A stretch of DNA of 64,000 nucleotides from assembly GCA_964016885.1 (NCBI GenBank), contig OZ024759.1, forward strand, positions 21,576,001-21,640,000, given 5' to 3'. The position numbers were made by a program, and so were the translations under genes. This DNA is from Eledone cirrhosa (taxonomy: Eukaryota). Below, piece after piece: positions 36,305-55,512 of this stretch; position 1 is the stretch's first letter; every line of letters begins with the position of its first letter. A model generated the notes under the pieces. It was not told where the DNA came from, did no database searches, and saw only the letters and a list, made by a program, of their open reading frames with translations.

Positions 36305-36550
36305 AGGCATGTGGCTTAGTGGTTAGAGAATTGGATTCGTAATCGTGAGGTTGTGAGTTCGATACTGGGCGATGTATTATGCCCTTGAGCAAGACACTTT
36401 ATTTCAATTTGATCTTTCTGTCAGGAGTTGCAACCGGTAGATAGTATTAGCAATTGGAAAGTCCAGTGAAAACATTGTTTTTTGGTCCGATTTCAGGAGT
36501 TTCACTCCACTTGGTAAGCGAATAAGGCTTGGGATCTTGTCAATTGATTC
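36305..36550 (+). mobile_element. tRNA-headed SINE family D
   Basis: GTGGCTTAGTGGTTAGAG, GAGTTCGATACT and GCCCTTGAGCAAGACACTTTA (CORE-like). Confidence 0.75.
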
Positions 36551-37683
36551 GATCGATCGAAGATTAACATATTTAGCCCAGCGATAAGACATATTTATAC
36601 GGCCAGGAATGTTAAGCTAAAGATCTCTTAATTCATGATAGATTCATAGGGGCGCCTTCATCACACACGGCGAGTCGTGGGGATTTAAAATCTGGCGGAG
36701 CTTATCTTCGCTCCAGGTCGGAACACAGTTGATTTCATCCAGAGAAAGAAAGATTCAGAGAGATCGAGAGAGAGACCGAGATCGAGACAGAGAGAGAGAG
36801 AGAGAGAATCTGCTCTAGTATCGGTACTTTATTTATCGACCTCAAAAGAATCAAAGGCAAAGTTGACCTGGGACGAATAATCACCTCAAATACTTGACCT
36901 GTACTTTCTTTTATCAACCCGAGAAGGATAAGAAGCAAAGTTAATCGTGGTGGGATTCGACGTCAGAACATAAAGAGCCAGGGACAAATGCCACAATACG
37001 TTTTTTTGTCCGATGCTCTATCGATTCTGCCAATCTCCATCCCTTATAAAATATAATTCTAGTCTTCTACTTTAGTACTAATATTTCAGTTGTAAGTTAA
37101 AATATAATATATCAGTTATATACAGATATGCACAAACCATATCGTGGAGTGAATACTTAAGTAAAAGTCAAGCCGATGCCTTAATTAAACTATTTCCTTG
37201 ATGCTATAGTTTACAAAACACATACAACCCCCCAAACAAGAAAAACACTGTAATTTTTAAAAATTCCTTTCATTGAAGAGAATTAACATTTTCTTTAATT
37301 AATTTAATTTAGGTTAATTTCGTGATGTTTCGATTAGTTCTTTGACCTTTTCGTTGGGGAAAATCTATTTTAAAGTTCGATCAGGAGTTGTTCCTTTAAA
37401 TAATTTTACTCTCAAACACAAAATACAAGATAAACGTACTTATTACTTTACTTTTGCAATAATAATAATAATAATAATAATGATAATAATAAATAAATAA
37501 ATAAACAGATTAAATAAAACATCGTTTGATTTTAGATTTAATTGAATTAGTCATGCGTTGTGTAGAATAGAAAACAACAGGGATTTAGCGATATATATAT
37601 AAAATACACATACACAAGCACACTCGTATATATTATATATATACATAGATAAAATACATCATATGTACATATAAAAAATATAT

Positions 37684-37731
<48 letters not shown>

Positions 37732-38161
37732 CATACACACACATATATATATATATATACACACACATATATATATATACATACATATACATATATATAC
37801 ATATACATATATACATATATATACATATACATATATATACACATACATATAAACATGTATATATATATACACATATATACATATACATATACATATATAC
37901 ATACATATACATATATATACATATACATATATACACACATATATATACATATATATACGTATACACACACACATATATATATATATATATACACATATAT
38001 ATATATACATATACATATATATATACATATACATACACACATATATTTATATACACACATATATATATACATATACATATACATATATACATATACATAC
38101 ACATATATACATATACATATATATATATATACATATGTGTATATATACATATATATATATA

Positions 38162-38199
<38 letters not shown>

Positions 38200-38224
38200 G
38201 GCGCGCGCGCGTGTGTTGTCTTAT

Positions 38225-38585
38225 CCATAATGCTGAAAGTAACGTAGGCAGACCATTACTAAAATTTAAAGATAAACTGAGGTGCAATCTTAAATCAATG
38301 AATATACAGCTTCTTTTGAAGCCCTAGCTACTGACCGTGGAAAATGGAGAACTGTCTCCCATGAACTATGAAAAACCTCGCCTGGTCCATCTTCGTGATG
38401 TAAGATCTAACATCTAAAACCAAGACCCGATCAAATCATCCATCCTGCTTATCTCAAAACCATATCATCTGCACTAAATGTGGAATCATCGGCAGCTGGA
38501 CTGAGATGCAATTTAAGATAACCATAACAAATTGAAGTGAGAAGACTGTTGAACTCTCACACGTCGATACACGACGGGAGAGTTT
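38225..38585 (+). pseudogene. RTE-clade LINE 3' end
   Basis: [21 protein letters not shown] / [12 protein letters not shown] ... IICTKCG, followed by a short 3'UTR and (TA)n. Confidence 0.65.
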
Positions 38586-38587
38586 AT

Positions 38588-38661
<74 letters not shown>

Positions 38662-38689
38662 TGGTTACACAACAGTTAGTTCACCATAC

Positions 38690-38727
38690 CGAGAACAATT
38701 GTTTCACCTTAGCGGATCCTCAGCTCG
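38690..38727 (-). ncRNA. Minimal type I hammerhead ribozyme
   Basis: CGAG-CTGAGGA-T-CC-GCTAA-GG-T-GAAAC-AATT-GTT-CTCG, with palindromic stem III ACAATTGT and U.U at 10.1/11.1. Confidence 0.75.
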
Positions 38728-38844
38728 TAATGTTGTGTAACCACTTCTACCTAACTCGTCCCATGGATTAAGTGCTCTACCACTACGGATATTACCTTCC
38801 AGTGTTTTACCACTATATATATATATATTTATATATATATATAT

Positions 38845-39030
38845 ATAGGAAAAAGTATGACCCCGACGGCAGAGCTCAAGCCGTTTCGACGGCTATTTCT
38901 GGACAGAAACGGCTTGAGCTCTGCCGTCGGGGTCATACTTTTTCCTATTTCCCACTCTACTACCCTAAGTATTGAGTACTCTGGTGCGTTATGGTCCATC
39001 TGGTTCCTTACCACATTTCCTTTGTTATAT
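38845..39030. mobile_element. Fold-back element family P2
   Basis: ~42-bp perfect arms TAGGAAAAAGTATGACCCCGACGGCAGAGCTCAAGCCGTTTC and its reverse complement. Near-identical to 57950-58185; flanked by (TA)n. Confidence 0.8.
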
Positions 39031-39118
39031 ATATATATATAAATATATATAAATATATATATATATATAAATATACGATATTAATAAATGGAAACTATAC
39101 TTATAAAACCATATTTAT

Positions 39119-39177
39119 TTCATTATACATATTTCAGAGATACCAAATTAAATTATGGTATGCCTTCATCAGACAAA
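39119..39177 (-). ncRNA. Hammerhead, left arm of inverted pair
   Basis: TTTGT-CTGATGA-AGGCATACCA-TAATTTAATT-TGGTATCTCT-GAAA-TATGT-ATA-ATGAA then ATAAA. Confidence 0.7.
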
Positions 39178-39286
39178 ATACAATATATAATAGTTTTACA
39201 AATAAGCTTTGACGTACCCTTTTAAAATGCGACCATTATTTTAAAGCTTATTCAAAGCTTATTTGTAAAACTGTTATATATTGTAT

Positions 39287-39345
39287 TTTGTCTGATGAAG
39301 GCATACCATAATTTAATTTGGTATCCCTGAAATATTTATAATGAA
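39287..39345 (+). ncRNA. Hammerhead, right arm of inverted pair
   Basis: TTTGT-CTGATGA-AGGCATACCA-TAATTTAATT-TGGTATCCCT-GAAA-TATTT-ATA-ATGAA then ATAAA. Confidence 0.7.
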
Positions 39346-39827
39346 ATAAATATAGTTTCCATTTATTAATATCGTATATCTACTCCAAATACTTGTCGAG
39401 TGCTTTATATCAGTTATAAAAATATTTACTTGTTGTATCCCAACAATTTTAAATAGAACTTTTGCATATATATAAATATATATATATATATATAAATATA
39501 TATATATATAAATATATAAATATAAATATATATATAAATCTCCCTCTTCCTTAATTGACACTTTATATCTGTATTAATACTACTACACCAAACGACCAGC
39601 CCTGTCCATTGTTCAATTGGTCAAATATAGATTAAAATAGGCACTCCCAAAAATTCTTATTTAGATAAAATAAGCCATATACTCATTGTATTCTCATTAA
39701 AAAGCTTCTAAATACTTGTTTACCAGTAAATTGAATTGCCATCTGACATATACTATCCCCTCTCTTCTTCCTTTCTTACAACTAATATAAATACTTCAAT
39801 TTTTCTGATTTTTTCCAATTTATCCAA

Positions 39828-39945
39828 TATCTCTGAAGAAGTGACAACTGATTATACATTTGCTATCGAATACTTGCTAACATTATATGATTACGCAAGC
39901 AGCGATACATAGGTATTCCGTCTGTTACAGAAACATATGTCAATA
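39828..39945 (+). ncRNA. Hammerhead with 90-nt stem II region, stem I damaged
   Basis: TATCT-CTGAAGA-AGTGACA...TGTTACA-GAAAC-ATAT-GTC-AATA, with palindromic ACATATGT and AATAAA just downstream. Stem I would need a missing G. Confidence 0.6.
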
Positions 39946-39994
39946 CCAAATAAATTCCTTTATAAAAGCACTTACATTTTATATTCATCTTTTC

Positions 39995-43953
<3,959 letters not shown>

Positions 43954-44541
43954 ATTCCAATGAAATGTATAAGAGGAAGGTCCTCTGTGTGGTAGTCCGA
44001 CATGCAAGAAATAGCAATCAAATATCCATCAAACACATTGGATAATTCAGTTTTAAACACATTATGTCTGAAAAATTGCCATTAATCATCATACATCTGA
44101 CCTTGGGTTAAACGACAAGAAGACGAAGAGGAAGACAGGGAGCAGAAGGAAGCAGAAGAAAGAGGAGTGGAAGACAGAAGACCATCATCATAACCACCAC
44201 CTCCTCCTCCATAAACAACAGCAATATTATTTCAAAAGTGGTGGGTGGGGAGAGTTAAATTGTTGGGTGAGTTAGACATTTCTCGAAAGTTATAAATTTC
44301 GTGAAAAATTGATGAGGAATTTGCCAAGAGATCCCGAATGACTTTCTCTATTAGATTGATTAATGTGTCATTTACCAGTTTTTAATGAAGAAACCAGACG
44401 CAAGAGAACGTGACACTTTAAAAGAAAATTTAAATGAAGAATTTTCATTGAGATTATTCTTTTCAAATAAACCATTTATTGGCACTATAGATCGATAAAA
44501 TCAGTTCAGATTTTCAATAGCGGAAGTTGAGAAAGTAATTT

Positions 44542-45100
44542 CATGCTCAAGTATGTATATTTAACCGTCTTTTGAGTATATATATATATACAATTTTATA
44601 CACATGTATGTATATTTACCGTCTTTTGGGTATATATATACAATTTTATACACATGTATGTATATTTACCGTCTTTTGGGTATATATATACAATTTTATA
44701 CACATGTATGTATATTTACCGTCTTTTGAGTATATATATATACAATATCATACAAAAGTATGTATATTTAACGTCATATTGAGTAAATATATACAATATC
44801 ATGCACGCGTATATACATTTAAAATATATTGAGTATATATATATAAACAATATTCTGCACAAGTGGTATATATACAATATATTGAGTATATATATATATA
44901 TACACTATCATGCTCAAGTATGTATATTTACTGTCTTATTGAGTATATATATATACACTATTAGGCACATGTATGTATATTGACCGTCTTATTGAGTATA
45001 TGTACAATTGCATGTACACGTATGTATATTGACGGTCTTATTAAGTATATATATATATACAATATTATGCACTGCACACATATGTATATTTACCGTATAT
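44542..45100. repeat. ~47-50-bp minisatellite
   Basis: TATGTATATTTACCGTCTTTTG(G/A)GTATATATATACAATTTTATACACATG units. Confidence 0.8.
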
Positions 45101-45170
45101 TATTGCGTTTATTATAATAAACTATCATATTTTGAGCTAATATAACTTTTCCAGTTTGTATATCCAGGGA

Positions 45171-45300
45171 GTGTCACGACGAGTTTTTGATTCAAGAGTC
45201 GGACCAGATCGATACAAATTGAACTTGAGCTGATCAATAGCGAAACACGCGTCACAAATCAATAAACGTAATGAAGGGTTAACAAATCGTCCTTGTATTA
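45171..45300 (+). mobile_element. Decayed long-stem-II hammerhead element (family of 7334, 2894-2987, 2468-2550)
   Basis: ...ACGACGAG-TTTTTGATT...TTGAGCTGATCAATAGC-GAAAC-ACGC-GTC-AC, then AATAAA and a tail shared with 2468-2550. Confidence 0.6.
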
Positions 45301-45374
45301 TTATATTATTTTATATTATACATACATACATACATACATACATACATACATACATGCATGCATACATACATACA

Positions 45375-45406
<32 letters not shown>

Positions 45407-46128
45407 GTCCTTGGTCCAATCTGAAGATCGTATCTTTTTCTTTATTCTTTATTTAAGAAAATACAGCCTGTAACCAATTCCGAAGCAAACCTAGCAATGT
45501 TTCACGACGAAGCTCAACAAGTCTATAAATGTATGTACGTTAATATTGCCAGAAACCTTGTAGTGTAATGTATTCAATTCATCTGTAAATCCAGGAAAAT
45601 AGAGTTTATTTCATTAGTGAAATATGAAAACAATTCTTGTTGCCAAAGGCGTGTTTTTCACGAACTATTAGAGATGGTTGTTTTAAATTATTTGTCTTCA
45701 CTTTTAATTGCATTAACTAAATATTTTTTGTTTGTTTAAGTTTGAGTTTGTATGTGTTTTTTTTTTTCTGTTTATTTTTTTGCTTCATTCCAAAGAAATC
45801 ATCCGATATTTTTAAGGAAGTGCAAAAAAAAAAAAAAAAGAAAGTAAAAGTGAGAAAAAAAATACGAAAGAATTGTTTTCAATATCATTATCGGAAAGAG
45901 AATATATCCAGAGACCATTTTAGAGGAGTAATTATATGGATGAGAAATAGAGAAAAAAAGATTTTTTTTGTCTCTCATCACACACACATACAATTTTTTC
46001 TCTCGCTAAAAGCATGTGTGTATATATATATATATATATATGCAAAAGGTAAACAGAAATAACAAAGCAAACGATTTGGGACAATGAAGAAATATATCAA
46101 TTTAACGCTTTTAATAGTAGGAAAAGTG

Positions 46129-46164
46129 TCTTCACGTTTCGGACACTAGTCCTTCATCAGAAGA
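46129..46164 (-). ncRNA. Minimal hammerhead family G, cleavage site mutated (GUG)
   Basis: TCTT-CTGATGA-A-GGAC-TAGT-GTCC-GAAAC-GTG-AAGA. Confidence 0.6.
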
Positions 46165-46283
46165 TAGAATGAGAAATAAAAGATGAAATAGGTACACACG
46201 CACACAACACAACACAACACAATACACACACACAAATCCTGTAAATATATCAACCCTGCATCAATTATGCATCTAGTACTACT

Positions 46284-46652
46284 TTGATGGTGGATGGGTG
46301 CTACACAAGAATGCCGAGGATGGCTCTGAACATTAATCAGTATACACTGAGGATGAAGAACTCAGAGCTGTATGGGAGCATCCCAAAAAGTCAGCTCAAA
46401 AGTAACACAGAGGAGACCGAGGTTAGCTGGGCATGCTCACCGACATTCAGAGTTGACATTGCACTCAGTGCTCCTGTGGGAGCCCTACATGGACACACTG
46501 GAAGAGGAAGACCAAGGTTAACGTATGTTGATGCCCTAAGGACAGACACTGGTCTGTTGGAGATGCAGGAAAATGGCAGCGATAATGAGTGACTGTGACT
46601 GAGACCGCTGGAGAGAACTCGTCCATGGATCTCGGGAATTTTACCCGCCCTA

Positions 46653-46655
<3 letters not shown>
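46284..46655 (+). pseudogene. RTE/RTEX-like LINE 3' fragment
   Basis: DGCYTRMPRMALNI...NSELYGSIPK / RLAGHAHRH / HGHTGRGRPRLTYVDALRTDTGL, with frameshifts. Confidence 0.75.
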
Positions 46656-46689
<34 letters not shown>

Positions 46690-46787
46690 TGTATAAGGAC
46701 TGGAATCTTAAACCAAGCCTATATATAATCTCGCTGTGAGTATTTTAAGTTGGATTATCTCACAGCTGCCTCACTGCTCGTTTAAGA

Positions 46788-46835
46788 GCGTTGTATACCT
46801 GTATTTCAGTATTGTCATACATCTTCAGCTATCGC
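46788..46835 (-). ncRNA. Type I hammerhead ribozyme
   Basis: GCGATAG-CTGAAGA-T-GTAT-GACA-ATAC-T-GAAA-TAC-AG-GT-ATA-CAACGC, with U.U at 10.1/11.1 and near-palindromic stem III. Confidence 0.7.
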
Positions 46836-46904
46836 TATTGCTAACTGTTTTATTGCAATTCTTAAAGTTTAAATGGCATAGCGAATTTTATTGATATGTT
46901 TTGA

Positions 46905-47892
46905 ACAAACAAAATAACAACAACTGCAATAACAACCACAATAACAACAACAACATCAAACACGACAACTACCACTACAACAAACATAATAACAACACAA
47001 AGAAAGACAATAACAACCATAGCAACAACCAACACAATAACAAACATAACAACCACAACAACAAACACAACAGCAACAACTAATCTCCATATAATCAATT
47101 GATGTGGACGGCAGCCTCTTGTTAAAGAATAGTTTGAAACGCTACAAAATCCATTTAGTTGCCCGATTGGCAGTATAGATAGAACGCCAGACACCATACT
47201 TTGCAGCATAGAGTTATGTAGCTTTACGTTCTGAGTTAAAAACCTACCGAGGTTAACTTAGCCTTACATCCTTACGTGGTCGATAAAATAAAGCACCAGT
47301 AATGCACTAGAGTAATTGCTGGCATTGTGCCAAAAGTAGAAACATTTATAAACACACAGATTCCACAACGAAGGGTTCCAATAAATTTTGCATAATTTGG
47401 GTTTATTGTGTAAAATCTTAACACAATAGATACTATACACAACAACAACAGCAAAACAACAATACTAAAGACAACAATAACAACAAAAGCGAGAATGCCA
47501 ACCACAACAAAAGCAATACCCTACAGGAACGTTAACAACAGCAGTGACAATGGCAACAACAACAGTGATAACAGTGACAATGGCAATAGCAACAGCAACA
47601 ACAACAACAACGACAACGAACAGCCACAACCAACGACAGCAATAACAACAACAGTGACAATACCAGCGATACCAACACAACAACCAACCGACCACAACAA
47701 CAACAACAACAACTGACAATTGCAACAACAACAACAACAGAAAAACAACAACAATAACAACAGTGACAATTGCAACAACATAACAGCAACAGCAACAACA
47801 GCAACAACAACAACTGACAATTGCAACAACAGCAAAACAACAACAGTGACAATTGCAACAACATAACAGCAGCAACAATAACAACAACAATA
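46905..47892. repeat. Imperfect (CAA)n arrays (46905-47082, 47440-47892) flanking a SINE A copy (47165-47348)
   Basis: Direct reading. Confidence 0.85.
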
Positions 47893-48578
47893 CATCTATG
47901 GATGCAGAAACTGCGCCTTAGATGTTCATAAATTTAGAAGAGTGTTATAAAAGAATGAATGATATCAACAGTTTTATTTCTGCTCTATAATGATGTAATA
48001 AAAGAGAGGTTTTTATGGCGGTGTATTTAAAACAAATGTCGCCATTTCATTGGTTGATCTGTTATCGAGGTGAATCTTAACAAATGTAATTATTTCGTTG
48101 CCCGCCATTTTGTTTATGTGTTGTATGTAATGCGTTTGTGTGTTGTATGTGTTGTGTGTGTTATATGAGTGCTGTACATGTATGTTGTGTGTGTTGTACA
48201 TGTGTGTGTGTTGTGTGTACTGTGTGGTATGTGTTTTACGTGTGTGTTGTACGTGTGTTTTGTGTGTGTGTTGTACGTATATGTGTGTGTGTGCATGCGT
48301 GTGTGCTGTAAGTGCTCTGTGTGTGTACAGTGTGTGGCGCATGTACGGATGCGTGTGTGTTGTGTATGTATGGATGTTGTGTGTTTGTATAGGTGTGTGT
48401 ATGTTTTGAGTGTATGTGAGTGTGTTGTGTAGTGTTTGCGTGTATGTGCACCGGTGCGGGTCAAAGATCGAAAAATAATATTTAACATTATAAACAAGCA
48501 CAAAACACACATTCACAATCACACACACACAGCCTCACATATATATATATACATATATATATATGTATATGCGTGAGG

Positions 48579-48637
<59 letters not shown>

Positions 48638-48874
48638 AATGTGTGTTTTGTGCCTGTGTTTATAATATTAAATAATATTTGTTTCTACTTTAGGCACAAG
48701 GCCAGCAATTACCCAGTTCATTAAATAATATTATTGTATATATTGGATTGGCAGATTCGGTAGAGAGTCGGACGCCATGCTTTGAAGCATAGGGTTGCGT
48801 CCCTTTATGATCTGAGTTCAAATCCCGCTGAGGTTAACTTTGCCTTTCATCCTTACGGGGTCGATAAAATAAAC

Positions 48875-50480
<1,606 letters not shown>

Positions 50481-50595
50481 TATTAATAAAAAGAAATTCC
50501 AACTTTGTCTGATTTACTCGTTTTATTTACAATCCTTTAAAATTATGATGGTATTAGAATGAAATAGTATGGTAGAATATTAAATGTTAAGTGTT

Positions 50596-50640
50596 AATTG
50601 AACAAGTACTTTCATGCTTTCGCAATCTTCAGGTTCAATT
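50596..50640 (-). ncRNA. Minimal type I hammerhead ribozyme
   Basis: AATTGAAC-CTGAAGA-T-TGC-GAAA-GCA-T-GAAAG-TA-CTT-GTTCAATT. Perfect 8-bp stem I, GNRA-capped stem II, palindromic stem III AGTACT, CUU triplet. Confidence 0.85.
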
Positions 50641-50684
50641 CTGTGGTGATAGTAATCTTCTATACACAATCATACACACCCCTG

Positions 50685-50720
<36 letters not shown>

Positions 50721-50722
50721 TT

Positions 50723-50781
<59 letters not shown>

Positions 50782-50784
50782 ATA

Positions 50785-50853
<69 letters not shown>

Positions 50854-50916
50854 ATATATATATATTTATTTATACATATATATATTTTTATATATATATT
50901 TATTTATACATATATA

Positions 50917-51027
<111 letters not shown>

Positions 51028-51230
51028 TTTGTTTCTGAATTTGGCAACATGACCCTCCCAAAGTATAACAATATATATTTATATATATACATATACATAT
51101 ATATATACATATACATATATATACATATATATATATATACATATATATTTATACATATATATTTATACATATATATATATATACATATATATATACATAT
51201 ATATACATATATATATACATATATATATAC

Positions 51231-51265
<35 letters not shown>

Positions 51266-51390
51266 CATATATATATGTATACATATGTATATACACATAT
51301 ATATATATATATATACACACACATATATTCACACACATATATATACATATATATATATATATATTTATATATACATTTATGTACACAGAC

Positions 51391-51442
<52 letters not shown>

Positions 51443-52229
51443 GTGTGTGTGTGCGTGTATACATACCAATATATATGCGTTAATATATATTTATATATAC
51501 CACACTAACGACAATGTCAACAACAACACGAAATTCTCTAATGACATTCTGAAACTGTAATATAGCGAGTGAAGGGAGTGGTGAGCAAGTGCCGTGCCAG
51601 GGGATGAGGGGGGGGGGGGAAGTGGGTGCGTCTTCTGGTTGTTATGGCAACAGTATTTCTTTAATTAGGAACCGATCAACATGAACTATCACAAACACAC
51701 ATATGTACACACACATGTACACAAATACACACACATATATAGACAAATACACACATACACTCTCACACACACACACATATATTTATATACATATATATAT
51801 ATATATATACATAAATATATATATACACATATGTAAACATACTCATGCTTATTTAACCAAAAAACTAAAAATACGTAAATGTTTACATAAAACCTCCTAT
51901 TACATATACACACATGTATATATACACGCACATATATATATATATATATATACACACAGTCATACACACACATGCACACGCATACATACATATGCACACA
52001 GACACACATAAACATATATATATATGTAAATATAACTATACAAGCACACTCATTCACATACAAACGCAACATAACCATATACACGCATCACACAGACATA
52101 CACACACATATGTACGCACAAATACACGTACCTGTACACACACACACACACACACACACACACTGAAACTCGTTTCTTGCTCATGCACTTATATACACAA
52201 TCTTGGGAAAAAAATAAAGACATAAGCAA

Positions 52230-52650
52230 GACAACCAGAACAACCAGAAAAAACACAACAACAACAACAACAACAACAACAGCTACAACCAACACAATCC
52301 CAATAATCTCGACAACAACCACCACAAGCACCACAACAATAACCAAAGGTCACAACAATAACCACCACAACACAACAATAACCACAACAGCCACAACAAC
52401 CACAACAACCACAACAACCACAACAACAACCACAACAGACACAATAACGACAATAACCATAACAACCACAACCACCACCACAACAACAACAGACACAATA
52501 ACGACAATAACCATAACAACCACAACAACGATAACAGCAACAGACACAATAACGACAATAACTATAACAACCACAACAACGACAACAACAACAGCCTCAA
52601 CAAACACAAAAACAACAATGACAGGCACAACAAGCACAAGAATAACAATA
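52230..52650. repeat. Imperfect (ACA/ACC)n array forming the extended tail region of a minus-strand SINE A (52648-52830)
   Basis: Direct reading. Confidence 0.8.
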
Positions 52651-53633
52651 ATTGTTTCTACTTTGGGTACAAGGCCAGCAATTATCTCAGTGCATTACTG
52701 GTACTTTATTTTATCGGCCCCGTAAGGACGAAAGGCAAAGTTAACCCCGGCGGGATTTGAACTCAAATCGTAAAGGGCCGTAACTCTATGCTGCAAAGCG
52801 TGGTGTCAGACCCTCTACCGATACTGCCAAACCACTATAATAATAATAATAATAATAATAATATTTCTACTTTTTGGCACAAGGCCAGCAATTACCCCAG
52901 TGTATTACTGTTGCAAAGCATGGAGTCTTACGCTCTACCGATACTGCCAAACTACTATAATAAGGTATAAACAAGATTAATTTGAATATCGAGTTTTGAA
53001 ACACAAGTGTATTCGAATTCGTAGGAAAATGGAAGAACACGCGGAGTTATTCCATTTTCCTATGAATAATAATAATATCCTTACACATATATTCACACAC
53101 ACAAAGACACACACATACGCACATATATACGTATATAGGTATATATATATATATATATATATATATGCATACGTATATACGTATATATGTATATATGTGC
53201 GTATGTATGTGTCTTTGTGTGTGTATATATGTGTATATATATGTATATATACGTGTATATATCAGCGAGACTGTAAACAATCAAAGATGGTAATGCAACG
53301 AAAAGTGAGGAAGAAGGTGTCAAGTTCTGTGAAATCGTGGACGAGAGAGAATAAAGATATACATATATATTTATATATATATATCTATATATATATATCT
53401 ATATATATATATAGTAATAATAATAAATTTGAAGACTAAAATCCAAAGATTTAAACTTTAATCTGTTATTTTAATAAATATATATATATATATATTAAAA
53501 TAACAGATTATATATATATATATATATATGTTTAATATAGAAGACCTTCTACAGAACTAGAACTGTTTCATTCGTGAGAAATCATCCGGAAGCTCTGTGG
53601 TTACCCCCGATTGAACCCGGAATAACTTATCTG

Positions 53634-53671
<38 letters not shown>

Positions 53672-53760
53672 CATAAACATGTATACATACCTATATACAT
53701 ATACACACATACATATATATATACACACACACACATATATATATATATATACACACACAC

Positions 53761-53811
<51 letters not shown>

Positions 53812-54113
53812 CATACACATATACACATATGTATATACAAATATATATATCCATATATTTATTGAAAACATGCACACACTCCCTCTCTCACACATACATT
53901 CACACCACACACTCTATCTCTCTCATCACATCACCCCCACACTCCTTTCACCTCCGCCATCTTGCAATCTCTCTATGCTTAAGTTTTATTTATGTTTTAT
54001 GGCACCATTTTGTAAGAAGGTGATATTAAATCACTGCTTCACAAATGAGAATTATACCGATAGAAGCAAATATATTTATCTTACTTTTAAATATTATCTC
54101 AGTTTTATATTAA

Positions 54114-54300
54114 GGGCGGTGAATTGGCAGTATTAGTAGAGGGTCAAACATGCTTTCCAGCGTAGTTACGTCCCTTTACGATTTGAGTTCAAATCCCGCC
54201 GAGGTTAACTTTGCCTTTCATCCTTACGGGGTCGATAAAATAAAGTACCAGTAATACATTGGGTAATTGCTGGCCTTGTGCCAAAAGTAGAAACAATTAT
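54114..54300 (+). mobile_element. Near full-length SINE family A
   Basis: GGCGGTGAATTGGCAGTATTAG (A box), GAGTTCAAATCCC (B box), core GCCTTTCATCCTTACGGGGTCGATAAAATAAAGTACCAG, tail GTAGAAACAATTAT. Confidence 0.85.
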
Positions 54301-54454
54301 CTCAACTTTATCTGCAATGAATTTACCTGACAAATATTTCTTTCTCATACACCATACTCTTATAAACTTTAACCGTGGCAAATATTCTCCCGCATTTGCT
54401 TAGCCCTGATTTTATATAACTCAAACGAAGGGTTAGTTAATTTGGTGTAGTGTT

Positions 54455-54787
54455 ACTCATCTCATCTGTCCCGTAGTCTTGTGAGACGTTGGGGCGCCAC
54501 CTACGACCTGGCAACCAGTTTCTTCCATTCCTCTTCCCTCTTCGCCCTCCTCATGTTTGCACCCAGCTTCATGCCTGTCCATTCCGGGATATTGTCCTCG
54601 CATCTCTTTTTCTGTCAACCTCTCTTACTCCTTCCTTGTATCGTTCCCTGCAGGACAGTCTTGGCAAGCCCTGAAGATCTTGTCACTTGCTCGTACCATC
54701 ACAATTTGCGCTGTTTTACAATGGTCAGTAGGTCTTCGTAGGGCCCGATGGCTTGCAAAATTCTGCTTCGTACTTCTTCATTGGAGA
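54455..54787 (-). pseudogene. 5'-truncated RTE LINE with (GATGA)n tail
   Basis: SNEEVRSRILQAIGPYEDLLTIVKQRKL*WYEQVTRSSGLAKTVLQGTIQGRSKRG*QKKRCEDNIPEWTGM...EEWKKLV. Possible TSD TAGTGTT at 54448-54454 and 54788-54794. Confidence 0.85.
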
Positions 54788-54898
54788 TAGTGTTGCTACC
54801 TTTTATATAACTCATACGAAGGGTTTCTCTCTTGATGTTGTTAGCTTGATGTAGTGTTAGTAAGGTTAACGTTTCTTAATTGAAGGAATGATTTTATT

Positions 54899-54956
<58 letters not shown>

Positions 54957-55467
54957 CACCACTGGTCGCCGTTCTCTGTCCTCTGAGGCACTTTGCCTAT
55001 CGTTGTCTTTGACACTATTTAGCTGTTTTAACGGCTGCTCTAGGGACGAGTCTTCTCATTTTTATATCCATTCAAATACATTCTCGCTTCATCTCGATCA
55101 GAGACAACATTGTTTTTATATATGATATTGCCAGAGAAGATATCTGTATATTTATTAGGATATAGAGCAGAAAATGAACTATTGAAATATAAAAGAAATC
55201 TAACTAGTAACAGGTGTGATAGTGTGATCCTATCCCACCTTACACAGTCTTCTTATCTAGAGAAAGAAAAACTGACTATTTCCTTATAGAATTACTACAA
55301 TACAATAAATATGTTTATTTTGGAAAGTTTTCCTTATTATTATAATCATTATTTTTTCTTTTTAAATCACACAAAATGAATATATTGTTATATAGATTGT
55401 CGAGCTTGAAATTGGTTGGGAACGGAAATTAAAAGAATATTGGAAATATAAAGGGGAAAATAATGAT

Positions 55468-55512
<45 letters not shown>

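Noticed and set aside
43953-44067. Possible minus-strand exon ([38 protein letters not shown]) after TTTTTCAG
   Set aside because: No recognisable homology, a weak donor formed by the (TA)n edge, and no partner exons found.
52177-52725. Thr-rich mucin-like ORF (182 aa)
   Set aside because: An imperfect (ACA)n array running into an antisense SINE; no signal peptide or splice support.
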